NCBI GenBank assembly: GCA_020853395.1
Contig: JADYYY010000002.1
Span: 20,609 to 84,608, forward strand
From: Acidobacteriota bacterium
GTDB lineage: Bacteria; Acidobacteriota; Vicinamibacteria; Vicinamibacterales; SCN-69-37
Direction of reading: 5' to 3'
DNA: 64,000 bases
A program made the position numbers and the translations under genes. Numbering within the stretch: position 1 is the stretch's first letter; every line of letters begins with the position of its first letter. The notes under the pieces were generated by a model. That model was not told the origin of the DNA, did not search any database, and worked only from the letters and a program-made list of their open reading frames with translations. Positions 48,900 to 57,740 of the stretch are shown here, piece by piece.

Positions 48900-49790
48900 G
48901 TGAGCTCACGGATCGTCTCGACGCTGGCTGCGGCCACCACGGTCTGGCTGGCGGCCCTGGCGTCGGGTTCCTGCAACGGCAAGTCGCCGGTCACGCCGGG
49001 GCCGACACCGCAACCCGTCAACAACGCGCCGCCGGTCATCCAGACGGTGAGCGTCGCCGCCGGCTCAGGTCGCCTGGAGCCCGACACCGACGTCGAGGTG
49101 ACGGCGCAGGTGCAGGATGCGGAGTCGACGCCGGCGAGCCTCACGTACGTGTGGTCCGCGACGGTCGGGACGTTCACCGGCTCCGGCCCTGCCGTGAAGT
49201 GGCGCTTGGCCAGCGGCGTCGTCTCCGCCCCTACCGCCGTGGTGGTTCGGCTCGAGGTCGTGGAGCGCTATCAGAGCTACGATGCCGCCGGCAATGCGAT
49301 CACGAAGGAGAACCGCGTCAGCAAGGATGCCGCGGCGTTCATCGTCCACGACTCGGTTGCGGAGATCTCGAAGATCACCGTCCGGTTCCTGGTCGATCTC
49401 TTCGGCAACTCCAACGTCCCGGCCGAGGCCTGCGTCGTCGACTTCTGGGACGATTGCCGCGGCAAGTCCGATGAGCTCGGCGACATTCAGGTGAATCGGC
49501 AGCTCTTCCAGGTGCTGAGCGCGCAGGCGACCGTGCAGTCGGTGACGTTCCGCAACGCCAACACCGCCGACGTCGTCGCGGCCTGCCGGTGGCAGGACCG
49601 CGTCATCGCAAACGGCTCGCAAGGCGTCTCGGAAGGCCCGTGCCTGCTGACCGCCGTCTATCACAACGACCGCTGGTGGCTCTGCAGCAGCAGCGTCGAT
49701 CACGACCTCTTCCGGCGATGGTGTCTCGACGGCACGTCCTCGTGCATCCCGCCGGCGCCGACGACCTTCAGCATCCGACGCTACGTGTAA
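48900..49790 (+). CDS. Lipoprotein B3: Ig/PKD-like segment + Cys-rich C-terminal domain, function unknown
   Basis: 296 aa from GTG 48900. Lipobox-like ALASGSC|N and a Pro-rich tether. Segment LTYVWSATVGTFTGSGPAVKW. Seven Cys in the C-terminal half. Confidence 0.7.
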   Translation: MSSRIVSTLAAATTVWLAALASGSCNGKSPVTPGPTPQPVNNAPPVIQTVSVAAGSGRLEPDTDVEVTAQVQDAESTPASLTYVWSATVGTFTGSGPAVKWRLASGVVSAPTAVVVRLEVVERYQSYDAAGNAITKENRVSKDAAAFIVHDSVAEISKITVRFLVDLFGNSNVPAEACVVDFWDDCRGKSDELGDIQVNRQLFQVLSAQATVQSVTFRNANTADVVAACRWQDRVIANGSQGVSEGPCLLTAVYHNDRWWLCSSSVDHDLFRRWCLDGTSSCIPPAPTTFSIRRYV

Positions 49791-49798
49791 CCGGGCGA

Positions 49799-51322
49799 TC
49801 ACTTCGCCGCCGGCGGCAGCCGAGTGCACAGGTAATGGGCGTTGACCCGCTCGCCGGCGTCACAGGGCTGTTCGCTGATGGTGACGAGCGCGGGGCCGGC
49901 CTCGTTCGCGAGCCGTTGGTACTCGTCGATGCGCGCGAAGTCCGTCGAGGCGACCTTGATCTGCTCGCGGGCGAGAAACGTGATCTTGTAGGCGCGCCAA
50001 TAGCCCGCTTCCGCGACGTGCGCGTTCCGCGCGCCCAGCGCCGCGATCACGTCGTGAAGATCGTGCGGGACGCCATGAGCCTCGTAGTAGCGCATGAGCG
50101 CGGCATGGTCGGCGGCCGACAGCACGCTCCAGCAGAGCACGGCGGCCACCGTCACGGTCCGGTACCACGCGCGCGTCTCGATCGCGAGATGACAGGCCGT
50201 CAGGCCCACTGGCACGAGCAGCACGAGCACGAAGTACCGGTCGACGGGATCGTCGGCGGGCCGCGTCAGCACGTAGACGGCGGCGGCGATGACGCCGACA
50301 CCCGTGAGATACAAGCCGACGGCCGGAACGCGCGCGGGTGGGCCACGCCGCCACAGCACGAGCACTCGTACGCCGATCAGGCTGAGCGCGGTGAGCAGCG
50401 GCCAGCGAAGCCACGCGTGACCGCTCTCGCCCAGCCCGTCGTTCCACGCGCGCGCACCCAACAGCCGCGGTGCGTGCTCGCCAATCATGGCCGCGGTGCG
50501 CCCGGGCAGCTCCGCCGCGACGAGCTCCATCCGTTGCCGGAGATTCCCGGCCTGCGACTCGTCGAATCCGCGCAGCAGCTCACCCCGGCTGCCCGGCCCG
50601 TAGTAGTCGGCGAACGGTTTGAGCGCCTGGACGGTCTGAACGAGGGCGAGCGCCGCGACGGCGGCAAGCATCCAGTGGCGAAGCCGCTCTCGTGTGAAGA
50701 GCCTGTGCTGCCACACGTCGACGACGAGCAGCATCGGAATGGCGTACGCGCTGAACTCGCGGTTCAGGAACGCCAGGGCCGCGATCGCGCCGAGCCACAC
50801 GGGCCGATCGCGCAGCAGCCATAGCAGCAGGACGTACAGGAAGGGCATGCCGTTGGCGCCGCCGGCGTCGAGGAGCCAGAAGACCGCGGCGCGCGGGGCG
50901 AGCGCGTAGAACAGCGCCGGGACGATCGCGAGCAGAGGACGCAGCTCGACGCTGCGGCACAGCAGGACGACGAGGATCGTGACGACGGCGAGGTTCGAGG
51001 CCAGAACCGAGCCGGTGAGCGCCGCCACGCTGGGGCCCGCCACCGCGAAGAACGGCACGGCGAGCCATGCCTGCACCGCCAGCAGGTACGGCTGGCCGTA
51101 GTAGAAGAGCGGAAACGCCCGCCCTTCGAGCAGGTGCTTGGCCATCAGCCCCGTGATCGCCTGATCCGAGTTGAAGAAGGTCTGATCGTCGATGAGGTAG
51201 ACGATGCTCCGTGCGATGACGAGCGCCCACGCGATCGCGAGAGCGACGGTCAGCTCGGCGAATGGGCGTGCGACCGCCGCGGCCGCGCGGGGCGGCTCGG
51301 CCGTGCGTCGCTCGCTGTGCAT
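49799..51322 (-). CDS. GT-C-like membrane glycosyltransferase (ArnT-like)
   Basis: 507 aa from ATG 51322. First loop DDQTFFNSDQAITGLMAKH, about 11 TM helices and a small C-terminal domain. The upstream 429 aa of the track ORF is shadow. Confidence 0.65.
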   Translation of the reverse strand: MHSERRTAEPPRAAAAVARPFAELTVALAIAWALVIARSIVYLIDDQTFFNSDQAITGLMAKHLLEGRAFPLFYYGQPYLLAVQAWLAVPFFAVAGPSVAALTGSVLASNLAVVTILVVLLCRSVELRPLLAIVPALFYALAPRAAVFWLLDAGGANGMPFLYVLLLWLLRDRPVWLGAIAALAFLNREFSAYAIPMLLVVDVWQHRLFTRERLRHWMLAAVAALALVQTVQALKPFADYYGPGSRGELLRGFDESQAGNLRQRMELVAAELPGRTAAMIGEHAPRLLGARAWNDGLGESGHAWLRWPLLTALSLIGVRVLVLWRRGPPARVPAVGLYLTGVGVIAAAVYVLTRPADDPVDRYFVLVLLVPVGLTACHLAIETRAWYRTVTVAAVLCWSVLSAADHAALMRYYEAHGVPHDLHDVIAALGARNAHVAEAGYWRAYKITFLAREQIKVASTDFARIDEYQRLANEAGPALVTISEQPCDAGERVNAHYLCTRLPPAAK

Positions 51323-51352
51323 GCTCCGCGGTATGCTAGCACGCTCGTTTCG

Positions 51353-53101
51353 ATGACCGGCGATCGCGCGCGATGGCAGGAGACGGCGGGTGTGCTGGCG
51401 GGCGCTGCACTGGCCGGCAGTGCCGTATGGTGGCTGCACCGCGTGCCGGCCATGCTCGCGCCGCCCGCGCCTTGTCCGGGCGTACTGGAGCTGGCGGCAG
51501 CCGCCATGGCGCGGGCGATGCCGGCGCTGCCGCTCGGCGCCGCGATGGCCCAGGCAAATTCCTGGCTCATGGCCGCCGGCGCGGCTGTGCTCGTGTGGGT
51601 CGTCGCGCGCGCGTCGGTCCACTGGGCGGTGGCCGGCGCGATCGGCGTTGCCGCTGCAGCCCTGCCCGTCTTCGATCCGAGCGTGTCCGTCGGAGAAGGC
51701 GTCGCGTTTCTCGTCGCCGCACTCACCTTCCTCGCGTTCACTGCCGCACGGTCGAGCGTGCGCTGGTGGCGGATGGGTGCCTTCGGCGTCTTCGTGTCGG
51801 CAGCGATCGAGCCTCGCCTCGCGCTCGCGCTGGTCCCGGTCGGCGCCTGGATCCTCCTCGCCGTGGCAGAGCCGCATCGCCGGCCGCCGGCGGTTGCCGG
51901 CCTCGTCGTCGCGGCCGTGCTCGTCGCCGTTGCGCCGCCGTTCGTCGCACCGCTGCCCGGCGATCGCCAACCGATGAGCGCTGTGGCGTGCCTGCTGCCG
52001 TCGCGTCTTCCGGAAGGGCTCGTCGTCGATCCCGCGTTCGCGCTCTTCGATGGCATCACGCCTTATGTCTTCGGGCTCGCGGCGCTCGGGGCATTTGCGT
52101 CGAGGGAACGCTGGCGCGATCGAGGCGTGCAGGCGGGCGCGCTCTATGCGGGCGTACCCGTGCTGCTCGCGCTCTGGACAGGTCCCCTGCGCAGCTTCGC
52201 GCTGAGCCCTGCCGCCATCGCGCTCTGGGTTACCGCCGCCGTCGGACTCGGCGAACTGGCCCGCGCGTGTACGACCCGTCGTGCAGGCTGGATAGGTGCG
52301 GCGTTCTTCGTCGGCCTCGTGCCGTTCGCGCAAGTCAATGCGATCCGCGAGCCGACGCCTCCCGGTGCGCTCGCCGAAGGCCACGACCGCCTCACGCGTG
52401 GCGATGTCGCCGCCATCCTGGGCGCCCTGCCTGACGCCAGCGTCCTCGCCATCGACGATGCGACGACGGACGTGCTGCTGCGCGCGTCGTATCGGAGCTG
52501 GCGCGGCACGGGGAAGACGCTGCACGTCGTCAGCGGTCCATCGCTCGAGATTCCACCGGCGATCCCTGGTGCCGGTGAGGTGTACGCGTTTCCCTGGACG
52601 GCCCGTCATCTCCTGTCATCAGGGTTTCAGGAGGTCGCGGGGCCACCGGCCGCGCCGTTGCTGACGCACCGGCTGCGACAGGCTGGCGCCTGCGTTCCGG
52701 TGCCGCGCACGTGGCGGAGGATCGACGGCCTCAGCCCCGCAAGCGACCTGAGCGTCGGAAGCGTACGCGGCCGCGACGAGGGGCCCGTCATCCTCTACGC
52801 GGCGACCGCCGCCCGCCCCACGCCTCAGTCGGTGGACTGGCCGGCCCTCGCGAGCCGCGGATTCAATGCGACCGTCTACGACGCCAGCGGGACAGGCGCG
52901 CTCGCACGGCAGATGGACGAAGATGCCGTGCCGATCGAGCTGAGGACGTCAGCGTCGTATGTCACCCGATTCGAGGTCTGGCGAACGCCGGGAGCACCGC
53001 GCATCCTTCGGGTTCGGCTGGGCGTGCCGGCACAGGACGTCGTCGCGAGGCTGCAGCTTCCCGACGAGCGGCATCGCCTCGTCGTTTGCCCGGCATATTG
53101 A
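51353..53101 (+). CDS. Polytopic membrane protein with C-terminal soluble domain, function unknown (possibly GT-C-like)
   Basis: 582 aa from ATG 51353. Ala/Val/Leu-rich TM region of about 330 aa followed by a soluble part of about 250 aa. Divergent from 49799..51322 with only 30 bp between the starts. Confidence 0.55.
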   Translation: MTGDRARWQETAGVLAGAALAGSAVWWLHRVPAMLAPPAPCPGVLELAAAAMARAMPALPLGAAMAQANSWLMAAGAAVLVWVVARASVHWAVAGAIGVAAAALPVFDPSVSVGEGVAFLVAALTFLAFTAARSSVRWWRMGAFGVFVSAAIEPRLALALVPVGAWILLAVAEPHRRPPAVAGLVVAAVLVAVAPPFVAPLPGDRQPMSAVACLLPSRLPEGLVVDPAFALFDGITPYVFGLAALGAFASRERWRDRGVQAGALYAGVPVLLALWTGPLRSFALSPAAIALWVTAAVGLGELARACTTRRAGWIGAAFFVGLVPFAQVNAIREPTPPGALAEGHDRLTRGDVAAILGALPDASVLAIDDATTDVLLRASYRSWRGTGKTLHVVSGPSLEIPPAIPGAGEVYAFPWTARHLLSSGFQEVAGPPAAPLLTHRLRQAGACVPVPRTWRRIDGLSPASDLSVGSVRGRDEGPVILYAATAARPTPQSVDWPALASRGFNATVYDASGTGALARQMDEDAVPIELRTSASYVTRFEVWRTPGAPRILRVRLGVPAQDVVARLQLPDERHRLVVCPAY

Positions 53102-53226
53102 GCGAGAATCCGTCGGCGCGAATCCGACCACCTCGAGCACGTACGGCGGCGATGCTGTGGCGGCGAGCGCGGTAGGGTCCATCCAGCGGCCGTCTTGGCA
53201 CGACCGCTCTTCGCAACACGACAGAA

Positions 53227-53293
53227 CCTGACGTGGTCGCCCGCCAGAGCACGCCGGCAGCGCGCGGCGAGTCCTGGCCGCGACCACGTCAGG
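53227..53293 (-). terminator. Terminator-like hairpin with a 14-bp perfect stem downstream of lipoprotein L5
   Basis: CCTGACGTGGTCGC (53227-40) pairs with GCGACCACGTCAGG (53280-93). The 39-nt loop contains CGCCG..CGGCG. On the minus strand it is followed by TTCTGTCGTGTT. Confidence 0.55.
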
Positions 53294-53305
53294 TCACGTC
53301 CGCTC

Positions 53306-54238
53306 TCAGGGCTTGATGGCCGGAACGTACAGGCTCGGCGAGACGTAGTCGTTGTCCGCCCAGCCAGGCCCGTTGCTCCCGCCGTCGCCCGCGTCCGTGA
53401 TCACCTTGAAGATGTGCCCATCGGGATAGCAGATCCGTGAGATCGAGAACGAGTAGCCCTGCCAGCCGATGATGTTCTCGCCGCCGTTCTTGATCAGCAG
53501 CCCGCCGCCTTCATGTCGCAGCAGCCACGCCACTCGCTTGGTGACCTCGAAGGCCCGCGCGCCCGAGCTGCCAGGCTGGATCGCCGAATGGACGCAGTCC
53601 ACGAGCTCGGGCTTGTCGTTGACGAACGCCGCGCAGTCCTCCCAGGGCTCGGACGTGGATGCCGGCGGCTCGGGAGCCGGTGGCGGCGGTTCCGGCGCGG
53701 GCGGCGGCTCGGGTGCCGGCGGGAAGAGGTCCTTCCTGTACAGCGTCTCGTTGCCGGAGAACGCTCCCAGGCACGACGTGCCGGTGAACGACAGGCGCAG
53801 CGCTTCGCCGTGATCCTCGATCACGCCGTCCGCCGTCACGTGAATCGCGCAGGTCGTTCCTTCGTACTGACCGGTCGCGTCGACCGTGATGGTCCCGGTG
53901 GTGTCGGTCGTGAGCTGCGCCGTGCCCGTGCCGGTGATCGGCATCCCCATGCAGACGGCCGTGAAGCCTCCGCTGACGCTCGTCGCGGTTTTCGCCGTGG
54001 CTGACCACTGGAACCGGCCGCACGTCCGGGCCTCGAACGATGCCGGCGCGCTCTCGCCGGCCGACGACCAGGTCGTCGCGAACGCCGATGAGGCCGGCGC
54101 TGGTGAGGGAGCCGACGCCGACGCCGAGGTCTGGCTCGGCGACAGCGGGTTGCTGCTGAGGTTCTGCACGTTGCAGCCCGTCACCGCGGTGACGAGCCCG
54201 AGAAGACAGATGGATCGAACGGCGGAATGTACACGCAT
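53306..54238 (-). CDS. Lipoprotein L5: Cys-paired N-terminal domain + PAPEPP-repeat linker + C-terminal domain shared with A1
   Basis: 310 aa. Lipobox AVTGC|N and post-lipobox SSNPLSP. Linker PPAPEPPPAPEPPPPAPEPP. C-terminal segment C-x12-C...AFEVTKRVA...GLLIKNGGENIIGWQGYSFSISRIC. Confidence 0.8.
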   Translation of the reverse strand: MRVHSAVRSICLLGLVTAVTGCNVQNLSSNPLSPSQTSASASAPSPAPASSAFATTWSSAGESAPASFEARTCGRFQWSATAKTATSVSGGFTAVCMGMPITGTGTAQLTTDTTGTITVDATGQYEGTTCAIHVTADGVIEDHGEALRLSFTGTSCLGAFSGNETLYRKDLFPPAPEPPPAPEPPPPAPEPPASTSEPWEDCAAFVNDKPELVDCVHSAIQPGSSGARAFEVTKRVAWLLRHEGGGLLIKNGGENIIGWQGYSFSISRICYPDGHIFKVITDAGDGGSNGPGWADNDYVSPSLYVPAIKP

Positions 54239-54252
54239 GGCGTTGCCTGAGG

Positions 54253-54268
54253 AGCGAATGTCGTGCCG
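54253..54268 (-). promoter_or_regulatory. Sigma-54-like -24/-12 motif immediately upstream of L5 (weak call)
   Basis: The minus strand reads CGGCACGACATTCGCT (GGCACG-N4-TCGC, correct spacing). The predicted start would lie only about 4 nt before ATG 54238. Confidence 0.35.
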
Positions 54269-54382
54269 GGCAAATCGCTCGAAATAGGCGCCGGAGGGAG
54301 GGGGACGGCGCGACGTCCTTGAAACCCGGATTTCAGATCTCGACTGCGACTCGTATCCGATATCGGCCGATGCGGCGTCCGA

Positions 54383-55399
54383 CTACAGGTTCGTGTTCGC
54401 GTACACGTCCGAGATCCGCGGATCGAGCGGGCCTGCCACGGCCAGCGGTTCGGCGTCGAGCACTCGGCGGATCGAGTACACCGGTTTGCCCTGCGACTCG
54501 TGGTACGTGCGAGCCTGCATTTCCGCGAGCAGGCCGAGCGTCACCAACTGCACGCCCGTGAACACGAACAGGATGCCGAGCAGCAGCAGCCAAGTGCGGT
54601 CGCCCGACCAAGCCGTGAAGTACTTCAGATACGCCACGTAGGCGCACACGAGCACGCCGGCGCCGCCCATCACGATGCCGTACAGCCCGAACACCTGGAG
54701 CGGACGCGTCGAGTAGCTCACGAGGAACTTGACCGTGAGCAGATCGAGCACCACACGAATCGTCCGTCCGATGCCGTACTTCGATCGGCCGTGCCGGCGC
54801 GGCCGGTGGTGCACGGCCTGCTCGGCGATCTTCACGCCCATCTCGCTCGCCAGCGCCGGGATGAACCGGTGGAGCTCGCCGTAGAGCCGCAGCGGCTTGA
54901 CGACCTCGGCGCGAAAGACCTTCAGCGAGCACCCGTAGTCGTTCAGATGCACGCCGGTGGCCCACGAGATCAGCCGATTCGCGATGTTCGACGGGAGCTT
55001 CCGGCTGAGCCACGCATCCTGCCGGTTCTTGCGCCATCCGCACACGATGTCCAGGTCGTCGTCTTCCAGCCGCTTGATCATGGCCGGAATGTCGCGCGGG
55101 TCGTTCTGCAGGTCGCCGTCGGCGGTGACGATCAGCCGCCCCCGCGCGCGTGCGAAGCCAGCGGCGAACGCCGCCGTCTGTCCGAAGTTCCGGCGGAACT
55201 GCACCACGCGCACGCGCGGATCGTCCCGGTGCAGGCGGGCTAGGATCGCGAACGAGTCGTCGGTGCTGCCGTCGTCGACGAAGAGCAGCTCGTACGTCCG
55301 GCCCCACGCGTCGAGCGTCGCTGTCAGCTCCCGGTACAGGTCGTCGAGGTTGGGCGATTCGTCATGGATCGGGATGACGACCGACAGCTCGAGGCTCAT
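54383..55399 (-). CDS. Membrane GT2, polyprenyl-phosphate glycosyltransferase (ArnC/GtrB-like)
   Basis: 338 aa. Motifs VVIPIHDESPNL, LLFVDDGSTDDS and ADGDLQNDP. Two C-terminal TM helices, as in GtrB/ArnC. Confidence 0.85.
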   Translation of the reverse strand: MSLELSVVIPIHDESPNLDDLYRELTATLDAWGRTYELLFVDDGSTDDSFAILARLHRDDPRVRVVQFRRNFGQTAAFAAGFARARGRLIVTADGDLQNDPRDIPAMIKRLEDDDLDIVCGWRKNRQDAWLSRKLPSNIANRLISWATGVHLNDYGCSLKVFRAEVVKPLRLYGELHRFIPALASEMGVKIAEQAVHHRPRRHGRSKYGIGRTIRVVLDLLTVKFLVSYSTRPLQVFGLYGIVMGGAGVLVCAYVAYLKYFTAWSGDRTWLLLLGILFVFTGVQLVTLGLLAEMQARTYHESQGKPVYSIRRVLDAEPLAVAGPLDPRISDVYANTNL

Positions 55400-55414
55400 G
55401 GCGAGACCCTCATT

Positions 55415-56026
55415 CTAGCGTCTCGTCCGCCGCCGCCAAATCGCCAGCGCAACCCCGACGATGCCGACCGAGACCGCTATCCAGATCGAAATGGCCGGCA
55501 GATTGTCGCGGATGAACGCCGTCGCGTGGTCGCCGTACCGGTAGGCCAGCCAGGCCTCGCCGAAGAATCGGGACCCGCGCCCGAGCGCCACCGCGGCAAG
55601 GAACGTCGCGGGCGTGATGTTGGCGATCCCGGCGAGCAGCACGAAGATCTTGAACGGCGCGGGCGGCGGCAGGATTGACGGCACGATCACCACGAGCATC
55701 CCGTAGCGCCGGAACAGGCCCAGGCCCCGATCGATGTGCTCCGCTCGAAAGCGCTTCCGAAGGAACGCCTCGCCGCCCTTCCGCGCAAGGGCGTAGATCG
55801 CATAGCAGCCGGCCGTCGAGCCGAGCGTGGCGCCGAGGGCGTAGTACGGCCAGCGCAAGGGCTCGTGCAGCACCGCCAGCACGAGCAGCGCGTCGGCCAC
55901 CTCTGGCAGCGACAGGAACGACGAATCCAGGAACGCGACGAGCGCGATGCCCGGGGCGCCGAGCGACTGGGCGAGCGGCTGAATCCACTGCGCGAGGCGC
56001 TGGAGAAGGTCAGTAACGCGGTGCAT
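55415..56026 (-). CDS. DedA/YqaA-family membrane protein
   Basis: 203 aa. Typical layout: ALVAFLDSSFLSLPEV, re-entrant GxxxG-rich segments, Arg-rich C-terminus. Confidence 0.8.
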   Translation of the reverse strand: MHRVTDLLQRLAQWIQPLAQSLGAPGIALVAFLDSSFLSLPEVADALLVLAVLHEPLRWPYYALGATLGSTAGCYAIYALARKGGEAFLRKRFRAEHIDRGLGLFRRYGMLVVIVPSILPPPAPFKIFVLLAGIANITPATFLAAVALGRGSRFFGEAWLAYRYGDHATAFIRDNLPAISIWIAVSVGIVGVALAIWRRRTRR

Positions 56027-56031
56027 CTACA

Positions 56032-57525
56032 ATGACGACGCGGGCCGGAGCGAACGTGCAGGAGTACAACCGCGTGATTATAGACGAGCCGCGCCGCGAG
56101 ACTCGCCGGAGACTGTTCTGGGCCGTGCTGTGCGCCAGCGTCGTCGTCGGCACCGCCGGCGCCGTCGCCTTCGCGCGCGAGGGCCTCACGCTCAGCCACT
56201 ACGACGCGCGCGCACACCTGGTGGTTGCGCGCCGCATCGTCGACAGCCTGACGCCCGGATGGCGGCAGATCGGCGCGGTCTGGCTCCCGCTTCCCCACCT
56301 GCTCAACCTGCTGCCAGCGCAGGTCGACTGGAACTTCCGCACTGGGTATCTCAGCGCCGGCCTCTCGATCGCCTCGCTGTCGATCGGGCTCGCGGCGCTG
56401 TCCGCCGTCCTTCTCAGAATGACCGGCTCGGTCGCGGCGGCGGCGAGCGCGCCGGCCATCATCCTGCTGAACCCCAACGTGCTCTACCTCCAGAGCACGC
56501 CGATGACCGAGCCGCTGCTGTTCGGATGTTCCCTGATCGCGCTGGCGGCAGTCGACGCGTGGATGAGGTCCCCGGGCCGCCGCCACGTCTGGGCGGCTGC
56601 CGGCGCTATCGGCGCGCTGACGCTATGCCGGTACGAGGGCTGGGCCATCGGCGCCGCGCTGGCCGGCTGGGCTGCGATCCACCGGCGGCAGGCGGCCCTG
56701 CCGCTCGTGGGCGCCTTCGTGGGAGCCGTCGCCGCATTTCTGCTGCTCGGGTGGGGCGCAACCGGCCAATGGTTCGTCGCGTCCGGATTCTTCGTGCCGG
56801 ACAATCCTGCTCGCCACGACATCCTCGCCGTGCTCCGCGACGTGTGGAACACGACACGCGCGCTCGGTGGCAACCTGCTGGCGGTGGGCGCGCTTGCCGG
56901 CACGGCGGCGGCGCTCGGTGCGCGCCGGAGCTCGAACGCGCCGATGCTGCTCGCGCTGGCCGCGGCGGCGGCCCTGCCGGTCGCGGCGTTCTACGAGGGC
57001 CATCCGCTCCGCGTCCGCTACATGGTGCCGCTCGTCGTCGCGGCCGGTGCGCTGACGGCGCTGGCGATTGCCGAGTGTCCCCGACGCGCGCGGCCGTGGG
57101 TGGCGGCCGCCGTGTGCGCGCTGATCGTCTGGAGCCGGCCGCCTCTGGACGCGACGGCACCGATGGTGACCGAAGCGCAATGGGAGACGCCGTATCGCCT
57201 GGAGCGTGAGGCCGTCAGCCGCTACCTCGACGTCCGCTATGACGGCACGCCGATTCTCGCGAGCATGGGCTCGCTCGCGCACTACATGCAGGAGTCGGCG
57301 GCGCACGGCCTCTCGCTGAGGAACTTCGTGCACGAAGGCAACGGCGACCTCTGGATCGAGGCGGTGCGAAGCCCGCGCCGCCACGTCCGCTGGATCGCGA
57401 TCGAGCAGCGTGCGGAGGGCGGCGACGTCCTTGCGCACCGGATGCGGGCCGATCCGACGTTTCTCGAGGGCTTCGACGAGGTCGCCGGCGGAGGCGGCAT
57501 CTCGCTGTTCAGACGCCGCGATTGA
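56032..57525 (+). CDS. GT-C family membrane glycosyltransferase (ArnT/PMT_2-like)
   Basis: 497 aa. First loop LSHYDARAHLVVARRIVDSLTPGWRQIGAVWLPLPHLL, about 10 TM helices and a C-terminal soluble domain. Confidence 0.7.
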   Translation: MTTRAGANVQEYNRVIIDEPRRETRRRLFWAVLCASVVVGTAGAVAFAREGLTLSHYDARAHLVVARRIVDSLTPGWRQIGAVWLPLPHLLNLLPAQVDWNFRTGYLSAGLSIASLSIGLAALSAVLLRMTGSVAAAASAPAIILLNPNVLYLQSTPMTEPLLFGCSLIALAAVDAWMRSPGRRHVWAAAGAIGALTLCRYEGWAIGAALAGWAAIHRRQAALPLVGAFVGAVAAFLLLGWGATGQWFVASGFFVPDNPARHDILAVLRDVWNTTRALGGNLLAVGALAGTAAALGARRSSNAPMLLALAAAAALPVAAFYEGHPLRVRYMVPLVVAAGALTALAIAECPRRARPWVAAAVCALIVWSRPPLDATAPMVTEAQWETPYRLEREAVSRYLDVRYDGTPILASMGSLAHYMQESAAHGLSLRNFVHEGNGDLWIEAVRSPRRHVRWIAIEQRAEGGDVLAHRMRADPTFLEGFDEVAGGGGISLFRRRD

Positions 57526-57740
57526 CGCCACGGCGGTCGCGATCGGGCTGGAAGCGGCCGCGTCGCAGCGTCGGCGGTCCGTGGTTCCGCGTTGGGTCCA
57601 ACCCTCGCGCGCCCGGCAAGGCTCGTCACCGCTCGAGAACGCTGCGCGGTCCTTGGTTCCACCGCGCGCGGCCTTGGTCTGGCGGTTCGCCGGTCGGTCG
57701 GGCTCAAGACCTGGGTTCTCTCACCCAGACCTGGCCGTCG

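Noticed and set aside
57526-57740. tRNA- or sRNA-like hairpins in the convergent gap, such as GCGCGGT-CCTTGGTTCC-ACCGCGC with a GGTTCC loop.
   Set aside because: There is no acceptor, D or anticodon arm and no cloverleaf. The two related hairpins are most simply terminator structures for the convergent genes.
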